Source: Blastocystis sp. Blastoise (taxonomy: Eukaryota; Protista; Bigyra: Opalinata). From it: a stretch of 64,000 nt of DNA. The translations under genes were made by a program, and so were the position numbers. Location: positions 248,001-312,000 of the forward strand of contig JBBPEB010000011.1 in NCBI GenBank assembly GCA_039096225.1, in the 5' to 3' direction. Shown piece by piece: positions 1-17,755 of the stretch (the stretch's first letter is position 1; each line of letters begins with the position of its first letter). The notes below the pieces were generated by a model. The model was given only the letters and a program-made list of their open reading frames with translations, had not been told where the DNA came from and did not search any database.

Positions 1-401
1 ATAATGTTCTACCACTTTGATAAGGAAGACCACCTCTGAAAATTTCAAGTCCACTAATAGAAATGACAAGATAAGCAGCAGCAGTAGACGAACCCCATCC
101 ATCACCATAACTATCAATTAATTCAATAGTATGTAAACCACTAGTAGAACAGAATGTATAGGTTTGATCAGTACTAGATACACTTGATGTTCCACTAACA
201 GATAATACTTGTGTACCCGTAGTAGCAGCACCTCTCCAAATAACAAAAGATTCTTCACCAGCATAAGAAGTATAATGCTTCATTACAGTAGCCTCAAATT
301 CACCAGTCTCACAGGAGAAAACTAAATGAAAATAATTTTTTATCTAGAGATAATTATATACCAATAGCTAATAAAAACAATAATGTTGTAGCTAATTTCA
401 T
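1..401 (-). CDS. Secreted/surface protein with DSYGDGW motif (5' part; runs off the window start)
   Basis: ATG at 401 and one GT-AG intron give MKLATTLLFLLAIVFSCETGEFEATVMKHYTSYAGEESFVIW...LHTIELIDSYGDGWGSS. Hydrophobic signal peptide; frame stays open to the window edge. Confidence 0.75.
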
Positions 402-2677
402 GATAAACTTATTTATAATAAATAAATAAAAAATAAGCAAGAAGCTTTATATAATAAAAAGAGAGACTGTAACGAGAAACGATGTCTTTTTCCACGTATA
501 GAAGCGTCAAATTATTCTGATTGTTTAAAATCTTTAAACGTATATCTTTGTCAATGAGTATCTCTTCAAAGGAGACAATTCGATTCTAAGAAACACTAGC
601 GCATTCTATGTCACAAAGTTAATCCAATAAAAAGTGAGATATGTATTCTTTCAAATGACACATCTCCAATGCTTCATGTCCTCATCACATGTCTCTAAAC
701 CTATTGTCCCAAAAAGCCTAAAAAAAAGGGCATTTGAATCGATGTGTTTTCATTCCTAACAACTCTGCGAGTCTCCAACAAAAAGGGGCAAAAAGCGAAG
801 ATGCGTCATCGAGAAAAGATTTTTATTTGTAGGGGGAGTTAGAAACCTTTCTATTTTTAACCTCTAGATATATGCCGCAAAAACTCTTTTATTCCCAATA
901 CATGACTAATGATAAAAGAAATCTTTTCCCTTTAAATGACTAATCACAAATTTGATCTTAATAATATCTCAAATAAAAAAGTTTCCCTGTTTTAAATTTT
1001 TTTTAAATTACAGACTACTAACTGTATCACTTTTAAAAAAGTATTTAAATAGACATAATTTTAGCTGTGTTTATAAAGACAATTTTTCCAAAAGAGCGAC
1101 TAAAAGCGACAATTAATCAAATTGATTGTTTTGGATAAACACAACAAGCATTTTTCTCATTTGTTAATCGTATGGTGAAGTGTAGATGAAGCCGTAGTTG
1201 TTTGAAATAACTTCGTCAACGACAATTGATTAACCGAACTTTTGACAATAGTTTTATTAACAGAAAAACGAATAATCGGACAAATATATATATGAATAAC
1301 CCCTTTAAGGCGATATGCCCATTATCGACACATCTTCAATAAGTTTCCTAAAACGAAGAAAGAACATTCTATCATGGAATAAACGATGAAAAAAGATCAA
1401 GAAATTTATTGGATAATCAAATTACGTTCTAGTTGTCACTTTTTAGGGAATCTTATTTTTTTGGTAATGCAAAAAGCTGTTTGTTCCTTTAAAAGATGAG
1501 GTTTTGTTTGTTGTACACTTATTTAAATGTTGTTTTACTTAGCAACTCAACTTATTTATAATCTGTATATGTATTAGTGAAAAAATAAAAGTCTGAAGAA
1601 ATAATCATTTTTCAAAAATGACAATTTGTGATAATTTTACTATTGTTTTCTTAGTTATGTATCATTTTTAAATATACATTAAGAGAATAAACACGAGTTT
1701 AAGAAAAACAAGAAATTCGAATTAAAAATTGCATTATTTTATCATATAGATGTTATAAATTATTATCTCTATATATGAGAATATGAATTATTATACATAT
1801 ATGAAAAATAAATTCCATAAAAAATTATTTTAAAATTATTTTGTTTTCTTTTAGTCCTTTAATTTTTAAATGAGTATACAAAGGCTTTAGGCAACCATAA
1901 GCAATCATTATTTCAGTGTATAAAAATGATGATGAAATTAAAACCCAAATAATAACAAAATAGACAAAAAATAGTATAGAAATTTCATTCAAATATTTGT
2001 TTAAAAGAAAAGACTCTGGTAACAAGAAGATATAATGTAATATAAATATATTTTGTGATCTCTACAATCTATATATTATAAACAATATGTTCTCTATAGC
2101 ATTACAGGAGAAAATTGTTTATGGTAAGCATTGATGACAATTAAAATCATACCAATATTAGTGAAATTATAATAAAATAACAGATGAGAGTATTGCTAGT
2201 CTATTTGAATATGTATTTCTATTTCTATAATGAATGAGAATAGGATTATAGTTCCTGATGTCTTTCTATGTATTTTACGACGCTTTATTAATGTATGGAA
2301 TTCTGATATATCGTACTTATATAATGATCTATCAAAAACTTGTTGAAATCTCAGTGAATCATCACACAAGGGTTCGCCAAACTCTTCTTTGAGTAAGGTC
2401 TATACTCCAAGAGAGTTTTTTCTCGACGCCTTGAGTACCTGAAAGTATCTGTAAGACTGGTTATTTTTGAAATTTTTGTACTCCAAGAGAGTCTTCATGG
2501 TAAACCCTGGTAACACAAATAAAAAAAGCGAAACAAAACTCTTTTCAAGAAAACAATAATTAAGAAAAATGATTAAAAACATGGTACTAAAAAATCAGTG
2601 GACAAAAATTCTCGACGAGAGGTGTGTTTCAAGAACAATGTGTCACTTTTATTTTTTTGTTTTGCTTTATTATTACT

Positions 2678-3983
2678 ATGACATTACGTTATTTCGTTAT
2701 ATTTGCATTATTTGTTTCTCTTGGATTTGCTCGTGAGTATCGAGAAATCGATTTCTATGATTGTAGTGGAAATGATATCCGACAAGCTCAGAATAAAACT
2801 AATGAGGAACTTATGAAGATCTGTGATGATACAAATGGTTGTATTGCATTTAACACTCTTGGATGGTTGAAGAGAGCATGCCCACTAATGTTTATTAATA
2901 CCAACTCGAATCTTTACATATTAAAAAGCATTGATATTCCTTCTGGAAAAGAACCTAAATTAGTTATATGGCCAAAACCTAACAACTATAAGAATGGAAA
3001 TGAAACTATATTCATTGATTTAAAAAACTTAAAGCTTGAGGCTTCTAATGTCAATCAAGATATTATAGATGCTTTTGAAAGGTAAATTTATATTTATGTT
3101 TATATAAATATAAAATTTTTATTTTTTCATATTATTATTATTATATTTTTATAAAATTGTAATATATGATTATTCTCTATTGCATATACTAGATTTAAAG
3201 TAATGAATTATGATCATTCAGAATTGACATTCAATACTCCTTTTATTAATATATTTCAAGTCTCTATTAAAAACATTAACTGTCCTCTTAATGTATATAT
3301 ATATTGTTATTATATTTATTATATAAATAATATATTCGGTTCTCCTATTTGTGTAAACCATATATATATATATTATATATAATATATATAATATATTATA
3401 TATATATAGGAGGATGTTGATGAAGAGTATCATCTTTCTATCCCTTCCTCTGGAAATATAATTACTATTGAATCGAATTGTGTCTATGGCTATTATCATG
3501 CATTAACGACGTTATCTCAATTAATGCAATTTGCTCCTTCTTATCATCATTATATTATTAAACAATCCCCGTGGGAAATTGAAGATAAACCTTTTTATTC
3601 TGTATATTATTATTATTATATGTTATATATTATTATATGTTATATATAATTATTTAGTATATATATATATATATATATAGTTCCGATCTATGTTAATTGA
3701 TAGTTCCCGCCATTTTATCCCTGTCTCTACAATTAAATCTATTTTGAATACAATGTCTTTTTATAAATATAACATTCTCCACTGGCATATCTCTGATGAT
3801 GAATCTTTCCCAATAGAGATATCTGGTATTGATATATCTGCAACTGCATATTCCGTCTATGAACGATATTCCATCGTATATATATATATATTATTATTAT
3901 TATTATTATTTATATATATAGGAAGATGTTCAGGATATTGTTGAGTTTGCTCGTCAAAGAGGTATTCTATATATATATATAAG

Positions 3984-4034
<51 letters not shown>

Positions 4035-4200
4035 TATTCGTGTTATCCCTGAATTTGATGTTCCTGGACATGCCTCTATCTTTTGTAAACTCATGCCATC
4101 TATTTGTCCCTCCAGCACGTGCACAACTCCTTTAGATCCCTCTAAAGATGAAACGTTTGAATTTATTGAAATGATGATAAAGTCAATTTGTATATATATA

Positions 4201-4242
<42 letters not shown>

Positions 4243-4858
4243 GTATATATAGCTAATGTATTCCCTGATGCTTATTTCCATATTGGAGGTGATGAAGTAT
4301 ATATATATATATATAAATATAATATAATTAATATTATTATTATACATATTTAATTAGGTAAAAACGGATTGTTGGACAAAGACTGCGTCTATCGCTGATT
4401 GGATGAACCAAAAGGGGTTCACAGTTACAGACACTTATTCTTATTTTGTTAATAAGGTATATATATATATATGTTTATATATATTACATTTCGTTTTATT
4501 TTTCATGTGATTGACTACTATATATATATTGTTTATAATATGTTTATATATATATATATATAGGTTTATGAAATTGTTAAGAAATATAATCGTGAAGCTA
4601 TATATTGGGAAGAAGTATATAATAATAAATTAAATGTCCCTAAAGGAGCTATTATTGAAGTATATAATATATACTATTATAATATATACTATTATAATAT
4701 ATACTATTATTTATATACTATATATAGACATGGTTATCTAATGAAAAGAAAGCCAAGAGTATTGTTAATGATGGATATAGAGTTATATATTCAACTATTA
4801 ATGAATGGTACTTCCCTAAATTATTCACTCATTGGGAAGCTTTTTATAATACTAATCC

Positions 4859-4935
<77 letters not shown>

Positions 4936-5007
4936 TGATGGTATAGATGAGGAAGCCCAACAGAAGATGGTTTTAGGAGGAGAAACTTGTATGTGGGGAG
5001 AAACAGG

Positions 5008-5071
<64 letters not shown>

Positions 5072-5361
5072 CATATAATAATAAACATATAATAAATATA
5101 ATATACATTATATATTATCATTTCTATAATAACTCCATATATATAGTGGATACATCTAATATTGAGATGACTATATGGCCTCGTGGTATCGCTGCATCAG
5201 AGCGTCTTTGGACTTCTCCTTCTCTTCTTAATGTAACAGAAGCCAAAGAACGTATTGCTTATCATCGATGCTTATTAAATTGGAAAGGTATTCCTGCTTC
5301 TCCTTCTTTTGCAGATGGAAGATCAAATCCTGTTGGACCTTCTACTTGCTTTATTCAATAA
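2678..5361 (+). CDS. Secreted beta-N-acetylhexosaminidase (GH20) with N-terminal Cys-rich PAN/Apple-like module; about 11 introns
   Basis: Spliced translation contains FRSMLIDSSRHF, HWHISDDESFP, RGIRVIPEFDVPGHA, FHIGGDEV (catalytic DE intact), LGGETCMWGE and WPRGIAASERLW. Signal peptide MTLRYFVIFALFVSLGFA. Confidence 0.93.
4860..4931. repeat. (TA)n microsatellite forming almost the whole intron
   Basis: GT-(AT)n-AG intron of the hexosaminidase gene. Confidence 0.95.
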
Positions 5362-5605
5362 AATATATATATATATATCATACATTACTATTATTTATAT
5401 GATTTATTGATGTTAATGGGTTAGATATATCTATATCTTTATATATAAATTATTCATGAGTTGTTTATTTTACTTAATAAAAGATTAAATATAATTTCTT
5501 AAGAACAAAAAATAATAATTTCTTAAGAACAAAAAATAATATTTTTAAATGAATAAAAAATAATAATACAATAATAATTAAACTTTAGAAAACAAAAAGA
5601 TCAAT

Positions 5606-6136
5606 TTACAATTTTACATGGAACACTTCAATTTCTTTGATTTGGAATGTTTCAGCACCATCAAATAATTTACTTCCATAACCAGTAGTATCTTTAAAGT
5701 CAAATTCAAAGTTAATTGTATTTGACATCGTATTATTATTACTTTCATTACGAACACATAAAGCACCATGCTCTCCAAAACAAGGACCATATTCACGAAC
5801 AGAAAAAATCATTTGATTTCCTGAATCATCTTTGAAACATAGTGGAGATACATTATGAGGATTCTTTAATGAAAATAACCATACATGACTACTTCTTACA
5901 GCACAACCATTCTTATTCAATGTATCAAAGTGATCTGACGTATATCCACCGAAAACATTTCCATTAACAGTTTCAATCACACATAGAACTGAATCATAAT
6001 TATCAATCTTACTATGACATTCAGGGCCTTTGAATCCATCTCTTGAACCACGATAGAGTAAATCATATTTTGGTATACTTTGGAACCAGGCGTTAAGAGA
6101 ATCAAAATAATTATTATTAAGTATCAAAGAATCCAT
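5606..6136 (-). CDS. TLDc-domain-only protein, intronless, 176 aa
   Basis: LLYRGSRDGF, GNVFGGYT, WLFSLKNPH, YGPCFG, FQIKEIEVF. Confidence 0.88.
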   Translation of the reverse strand: MDSLILNNNYFDSLNAWFQSIPKYDLLYRGSRDGFKGPECHSKIDNYDSVLCVIETVNGNVFGGYTSDHFDTLNKNGCAVRSSHVWLFSLKNPHNVSPLCFKDDSGNQMIFSVREYGPCFGEHGALCVRNESNNNTMSNTINFEFDFKDTTGYGSKLFDGAETFQIKEIEVFHVKL

Positions 6137-6455
6137 AAGAAAAACAAATTAATTTAAAAGTTATACTGTTTTAAAAAAAAAAAAAATTATGTAGTCTTCT
6201 CTGTAACAAAAACATGACAAAACGAATCTCTTTTCCTCAGGTTTTTCATGGGGTCGTTTCACAACCTGACTCCTTTTTTATATTTTTGTTATTTATAAAC
6301 TTTTGATAGCGAAATATTTGCTAAAAAGAGTTTTCAACACTCTACACACAGAGTTGAACGTTGTTGCAATGTTTTTATGAATGGAGATTATCTCTTTAAT
6401 AAAAATAATGCTATTCTATGAATAGTGAAATTAAATGAAAAAAAAGTTAAAAAGA

Positions 6456-6529
6456 TGCTCCTACTGGGGGTTGAACCCAGGACCTTCGGTACATAAGACC
6501 AACGCTCTAACCAACTGAGCTATAAGAGC
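6456..6529 (-). tRNA. tRNA-Ile(UAU), intronless
   Basis: Reverse complement GCTCTTATAGCTCAGTTGGTTAGAGCGTTGGTCTTATGTACCGAAGGTCCTGGGTTCAACCCCCAGTAGGAGCA folds to a cloverleaf with A/B boxes, anticodon TAT and a downstream T-run. Confidence 0.95.
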
Positions 6530-7051
6530 AGTTGGTTTTTATCTTTATTGTATCTATATAAATATATTGATACATGCATGATATGTATTCATTCATGCTA
6601 TTTTCTGTTTTATTCGTTTTTATTCTATTGTAAAATTTATCAGAAATGCAACTTTTCCTTATATACAAAATGACAATATTCATTTAAATTTTCCTCAACA
6701 TATTAATTTTGAGTTTTTCTAAATTCCATTTTTTTTGAATACAATAGCCTAATAAGTTAACGTGAATTTATAATGTGATTATATATATATGTAAACATGC
6801 ATCAATTAAATAAGAATAATTGACAAGATCCCTAATCATTATTCAATATTTTAATTAATTCTTCTAGTATCAATTATGTTCTTTAACAAGAGTTCCATTT
6901 TTCTTTATATCAGATAACATATATTAGAAATAGAGATTAAAATGAAACTTGAAAATAATTGATAAAATGTGTGTCAACATACTTTTGTCGATACTTTTTC
7001 CCATGAGAATCTTTTTTTTAAAAGAAAAAGAAGTCTTGTCACTTGTTTAGG

Positions 7052-10933
<3,882 letters not shown>

Positions 10934-11005
10934 TGAATTTAGAAAATTATTTTATTTGCTCTATATATATTCTTTTATATATTTAACTATTCCTCATTGA
11001 AGATG

Positions 11006-11041
<36 letters not shown>

Positions 11042-11997
11042 TGGGTTACTTGATGTATTTTATTATTAGTTTTCTGTAAATTATTCAAATTGTTGTCTTT
11101 TTGTGTATTCTATTTTAAGAATGTCTTTATCTTTTCTCTTTTATTCTTTTTTTTTCATTTTTCTTTATGACTTTTCTCAATTCATTATACTCTATTTTTC
11201 AATTTTGCATTAATATTATCGCCTTTGTTTATGATATAAGCATGAATGCTATTTGTTAGTTTTTGGTTTTACTAATTATATATATAAATATAGTATAATA
11301 AATAGTTATGACCAAGTAGTGTGCTACACATATAACAACTAAAATACTTAATAAACAGAGTTCTCCAGAAGAAGAATTAGCAATAAAAGAAATCATTATT
11401 ACGAAAACAGAAAAGAATAGAAAGAATATGCAAAATAAAAAGTAGACAACTTAATGAAACGATCAGGATAAATAAATAAATAATAAATGTCTGTGAATCA
11501 TATTCATTGGAAAATGAATACTTAAATTATATATATATATGTGAATACAAATATCTGAAAAGAAATTTCTAATAATAGAATAACAGTATAGTTATGAAAA
11601 AGAAATTTAAATATTGAAATGAGAAATGATGATGAAAAAGTTTAACAACTATATGTATATAGAAAATAGGGTGTCTTATAGGACGTTTTAGAGAAATATG
11701 AAAAAGATATATATTAGTGAATATTTATATTTTATAACAAAATGAACAAGTGTATAGATAGAAAGATAAATAAAGTAAATAAAAAAGATATATATATGTA
11801 GAGTTAGTGAGAAAAGATATATAAAAAATGAATATCTAATAATAGAATATTTAATAAACTAAAGAAAGAAAGAAAGAAAAACAATTATATCTATATATAT
11901 ATATTTATAGAATAACTATAATAATTGTATATATAAAAACTATACTAGAAATAGTATTGATATAGATATATGAAAAGAGTAGTAGACAGGATGCGTA

Positions 11998-12868
11998 TTA
12001 GAAGATAGAACAACAACATGTAGTATCAAATATATCCGAAGACTCATCGATATGATGAATTAAAGTATGAAATACACCATCAATATTCTAAAGAGATTTC
12101 ATAATATATAAATAATATAATAAATAATATAATTTAATATATAAATAATAATATAATATAATATACAAATAATATAATAAATAATAATATAATATAATAT
12201 ATAAATAATATATAAATAATATATAAATAGTATATGATATATATATAATACCTTTCCTAGTTTAGCACTGCATTCGACATAAGGACATTTCCAACTACGA
12301 ACTACTGGTATAATATCCTCTTTAAATACTTCTCTATATATATATATTAAATGATAAATTATTATAAAAAGACAAAAAAATGACAAGATGAAAAAAATCA
12401 TTAATATCAATTAACAATAATAATAATATATTTTTACCTTTCATCTTCTAAATCGATTTTATTTCCTACTAATATATAAGGAACTGCCATATATAATGAA
12501 GTAAGTCTTTGCTGTAATTTGCAAACGATGTCAAACGACTGTCTGCTATTAACAGCAAAAACAAGAACGTATCCATCCATACCAATAGAAACTTCTTTAG
12601 GAATTGGCATTTGATCATCCATTCCAGCAGTATCCACAATATGAATATCAAACTTCACTTTATCAATACAAGTTTCTTTATCCCATGTTTGTGAAGGAGT
12701 TGGGCTGTAGGGTTGTTCAAATTCTTTGGTTTTAAAATATCTTGATATACTGGTCTTACCAACAGCAGCAAAACCCATCAACGCAATATTTCTCTTATAA
12801 ATCAAGTGCGTGTTGTTCTCCATTAATGGAGCATGAACGCCCTCATTTTGACTTGAACTGGATGACAT
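11998..12868 (-). CDS. Rheb-like Ras-family small GTPase, 2 introns
   Basis: G1 GFAAVGKT, G3 DTAG, G4 NKID, G5 CSAK; Rheb-like KRNIALMG and GMDGYVLVFAVNSRQSF; C-terminal CAAX TTCCCSIF*. Confidence 0.8.
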
Positions 12869-13341
12869 ATTAGATAAAAGAAATAACAAATAAAAATAAC
12901 AAAAAAAAGAAAAGACCTATCCAATTACCGTCTTCAGGGCTTATTATTTCTTTTCGAGGATTCTAAAAAATATGGCAAAGAAAATAAATTAATCACGATT
13001 CTTGGGTTAGTCATCCTGATTTCTTGTTTCTTAAAATCAGCCAATAAGAATCGTAGAATATCTTTTTCTAGTCAATCAAAAAGCAGATTTACAGAAAACC
13101 ATTTTCTTTTTCTATTCTTTTAGGCGAAACTAGATTCAGACCAGTTCAAAGTAGGAGAAAACGACTGAAGTTGTCTTAAAAAATGTAGAATATATAAAGA
13201 ATAGTATATATGAGTTTTTTTTTGATAATGTTGAATAATCATGAATTTCTTTCTATGATGAGCTGGAATCTCTATTTTTCATTTCTATGTTTCATTTTCT
13301 TTAGATTAATTTTGTTGTTGTTGTTATTTTTCTCTTAAGTT

Positions 13342-14568
13342 ATGAGTTTCCTTTCTAAGATTGTAAATCATCAAAGACATACGAAAACATTAGTTTATAT
13401 CTATGAAAACTATATTCCTGAGTCTATTGAACCTATTGTTAATGTGTTTAAAAGCTTTTATATTAATCAGTTAGAATTAAATGATAAACATGCTTCCATC
13501 TACTCATTACTTACTGTTGTTTTCATCGTTTTAGCTCTTTTTGGTGTTCTTATGAATCTTATTATTTCCATTGTGGATCGCTTCTCAAATAATGGCAAAT
13601 CTAAGAATAATAAATGTGTTTTATTTGGACCTTGTGGTGCTGGTAAAACTGCTTTATTCAATAAGTTTTTATATGGTCGTCATCCCAAGACAGTGACCTC
13701 TATTTCTATGAATGAAGTAAAGGTTATATTAAAAGGAGATGATACAGCTAATCAGAAACGTATTGACCTTATTGATTATCCTGGTCATCCCTCTATGAAG
13801 AAGTATAATGATATTATAATATATTATATATATTATATATTATATTATTTTATTGATATTTATATTATATATTATATTTTTTTATTTATATTTATATTAT
13901 ATTATATTATTGATATTTATATTATATGTTATATTATTTTATTTATATTTATATATTATATTATATATTATAAATTATATATAGTGAATTGAATTCTCTT
14001 CTTACAGGTTGTTTGTGTGGTATATTTGTAATTGATGGTACTAATCCTAAAATACAAGAATGCTGTGAGTATATATTTATGAATATAGCTTATTCTATAA
14101 TAATAAACTATAAATATATTTTTATCTTTTTATATCATAATACTATTACTGATTTACATATATATTTCTCTAATTAGATTATTATATGATTTATTTGTAA
14201 ATACTGAGTTTAATAATAATCCTTCTCCTCTTATAATATGCATTAATAAACAAGATCTTCATAATTGTAAAAACTCGGATATTATTGAAAAGGAATTAGA
14301 ACAAGAATTGTATATATATATATATGTATTCATTCAATTATTATTTATATGAATTTATTATTATTATTTTTTTATTTTATAATTATATTTTAAAATTAAT
14401 ATATATATATATATATGTATATTATGTATATATAGAGATAAAATAAAAGAATCTCGTGGTTCTATTGAAGAAATTGGCAGTAAACAAACATTAAAATTAG
14501 GTGTTGAAGGACAAGTATATATATAATAATAATAATATATACTCATATTAGATTCATGTATTTTCATT

Positions 14569-14607
<39 letters not shown>

Positions 14608-14715
14608 TTTTCATTTGAGAATGACGCTCCTTGTAATGTGTATTTCAAAGATATATCTGTTAATAGCGATAAAGATATCAAATTACTTAATGATTTTATT
14701 CTTGCTAATTTCTAA
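13342..14715 (+). CDS. SRPRB: Signal recognition particle receptor beta subunit
   Basis: N-terminal TM helix, GPCGAGKT, TVTS, IDYPGH, CINKQD, IEKELEQELDKIKESR; 4 GT-AG introns. Confidence 0.88.
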
Positions 14716-15024
14716 ATGTAGTCATTATTCTTATCTTTTATTGATATAATCTTTATTTTAATTAAATAATTAAATATTATATACTAATATAACTTTGGGA
14801 TTTCAGCTTTTTAAAAAGTATTCATATTGTTTTCTTTTATTTTAAATATAAAACAACATAACTGTAATATGCCATATTTACCATTTTCATCTCTTCATCC
14901 TATATATGTTCATTTCCGTTGTCAGACACATTTATTAAATTGTGTTCTATTCTAATAGAACATCTTTATCATACAAAAAATTAATGTTTGATTTAAGAGT
15001 ATAAAAAGTTTATAGAAAACCATA

Positions 15025-16876
15025 ATGCCCACATTATTAGAAATAATTGTTTTCTTGATTGCTTTTGTAATATCATTACTTATTACATTCTTCGTTGTAA
15101 TTTACATTTCCAAAGTATTTTTTAATCATTTCACTTTTTAATCATATAAAGGAACATTATAATGTTGATGGAAAAGTAGCACTAGTTACGGGAAGTGCTT
15201 CTGGACTTGGATTCAAAATCGCGGAACGACTTCTCAAAAAAGGATCTTCTGTTATTTTATGGGATATCAATGAAAAATTACTTGTGGAATCGTATACCAA
15301 ATTGTCGAAATTTGTGAAGAAAGGACAACATTTGTCATATCAAGTAGTAGATTTAGCTGATATTAATTCTGTATGTTGAAATTATTTATTCTATTGAATA
15401 TGAAATTATTGTTGATATCATATTATTGATCTCAAGTAGATTTTCTTAGTATATATATATTTTTATTTGTTTAGATTGAGAAATATGTGACAGAAGCTTT
15501 GGAAAAGCACGGAACAATTGATATCTTAGTCAATAATGCTGGTGTTATGGAAGCTCAATCCTTACAAACTATATCAATATCTGAATCTCAACATGCATTT
15601 TATGTATTTATATAAATGATTTAATTAATTACTTTTTTTTCATATTTTTTTTTATTTGTTATATAAGATGAATATATTATTACTTATTAAAGGTGAATTA
15701 TTTTTCTCAACTTCAATTAATTAGATTACTCTTCCCTATAATGATTCAACAAAAATGTATGTTTTATATATTATATGTATATAATGTATATATAGCTGGA
15801 TATATTATATCAATATCTTCGTTAATGGCCGATTTACCAGGATCCTTTTTATTGTATATATATATATATATTATTAGTTATTTTATGAATTAAATAATGA
15901 TGTTATATAATGAATTATATTATTAGATTATATAATGAATTATATAATTATAAAATGAATTATATAATTGTATTATTTAATGAATTATATATTTAGATTA
16001 TATACTGAATTATATAATTATATTATATAATGAATTATATAATTACATTATATAATGAATTATATGTTAATTATAAAATAAATTACTTTTTAATAAACTA
16101 ATAAAAATAATGAATTCTATACATCAACATATATCTATAGTAATTATTGTACTACAAAGACTTCTATTTCTTCTCTACATGCATGCATTCGACAAGAGTT
16201 ACTCCCTCTCGGCCTCTATAATGATATACATACTTTATGTGTGTATCCCTATATACTTGATACGAATATGTTTAAAGAAGCTATGAATTACACGTATCTA
16301 TATTTATAGTATAAATTTTTATTCTTAACTATTTTATTTTTTATTTTCTGTATAACTATATATTAGTAATTCAATGATTCATAATCTATGTAGAGATATA
16401 TGGGGTCGTTTTATTATGACTATTTTCCCGCGATTATCTGCCGATTGTGTGGCGGATACTATTTTAAAGAGCATCGAAAGAATTGATCATATCCGTTATA
16501 TACCTGTATATTCCTATTCTTATTATTCATTTTTTTTTGGATCTCCTATATATATATATATATATTTTATAGGGATATTTCAGATATTTAATATTATTAT
16601 TACGTTTCTTCCCTTGTTGGTTCCAAGATGTTGTGACTTCTCTTATGGTATATATATATATATATATCTTAATAAGTATGATGATAATAACTAATGAATT
16701 ATTATTATCTTTTTATCTATTAATGTAATTTTATATATTATTAACTAGTATCAATGAAGTATTTATTATATATATCTATATAGGGAGGTGGTCATGGAAT
16801 GGATTCTTATATGAATAATAAACATTCTGATCTTTCTCCTGATTCCATTAGTCTTGAAGAAAAGAAAAATAATTAA
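15025..16876 (+). CDS. Short-chain dehydrogenase/reductase with N-terminal membrane anchor (RDH10/17beta-HSD11-like)
   Basis: TGSASGLG, LWDIN, IDILVNNAG and catalytic YCTTK after splicing 8 GT-AG introns. Confidence 0.88.
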
Positions 16877-17203
16877 ATGCTTTTTCATTATATATATTAT
16901 ATCCTTTATATTCTTGTTCTTTAAAAACTTAAAATATATATATGACCTATGCTCCCGTTGTTTTATCAATTTGTTTATTATGAATGAAATTAAAAATACA
17001 GTTATTACATTTAAAAAACAACTCTATTTAAAAATCAAAGTAATTATTATCATATATAAAAACTCATTCCTATCGTTCTCTTTTAATAAAAATAAAAAGA
17101 AAAAAGAATCCAAATAATTACATAAAATGATTAAAAAAAAAATGAAAACTATGAAAATAAGGAACTAAATAAATAATATATATATATAAACAATATAAAA
17201 TGA

Positions 17204-17755
17204 TTAGTTATGGAACTTTCTCTTTTCAGGAATAGCAACATCTACTTGAACAATTGAGGATATAAGAAGATCAATTACTTCATTTTTATGAGAAGCATAA
17301 TCTTTCTTTAAAGTTTCAATTTCATCAGATGTTTGTTGTTCAAGATTCTTGATTTCCTTTTGTTGATCATCACCAAGTTTCTAAGATAAAATTAAGAAAT
17401 AGCGTACAAGTTTAAAATATATTTAAAAAAAAGAAATTAAAAAAATAATAATAATTCATAATTAAAAGAATTTATATATAATTTCATACAGCTTGTTGTT
17501 TTAACTTGAATTCTTCGTCCATCTTGTTACGATATTTATCTATTTGTTGTTTAGATTCAAGACGACCTTGTTCAACAAGTTGTTGTCTCACTATAGTTTA
17601 AATAGGTTAAACAGTCTTCCATCATGATAATGAAAAGAAAAAAATAAACAAATTGAATAATAAAACGTACTGTTACGAGCATCGGTAATTAATCTTGAAG
17701 CTTCTTCTTCAGCTTTTTGAAGATCATTAATTCCTTGATATCCAGCTTGAGCCAT
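17204..17755 (-). CDS. ATP6V1G: V-type ATPase subunit G
   Basis: Spliced MAQAGYQGINDLQKAEEEASRLITDARN...ESKQQIDKYRNKMDEEF...HKNEVIDLLISSIVQVD; 2 introns; missed by the ORF track. Confidence 0.88.

Noticed and set aside
402-2677. Long 2.3-kb intergenic region with short repeats (TACTCCAAGAGAGT near 2403 and 2479; ATGACTAAT near 902 and 936) and ORFs 1825-2025 and 2400-2582
   Set aside because: No recognisable protein, RNA fold, terminal repeats or transposase; most simply a divergent promoter region. A hidden ncRNA cannot be excluded without an Rfam search or RNA-seq.
6237-6269. Small inverted repeat TCAGGTT/AACCTGA between tRNA-Ile and the TLDc gene, as a possible snoRNA or mini-element
   Set aside because: Only a 7-bp stem, no convincing box C, no second copy seen; an Infernal/Rfam search would be needed.
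6490-6497. G37 instead of A37 in tRNA-Ile(UAU)
   Set aside because: From recollection, intronless tRNA-Ile(UAU) genes with G37 also occur in plants and protists, so this is not evidence of novelty.
17204-17755. V-ATPase subunit G near TLDc genes as a functional cluster
   Set aside because: The genes are more than 10 kb apart with unrelated housekeeping genes between; TLDc abundance makes co-occurrence expected.
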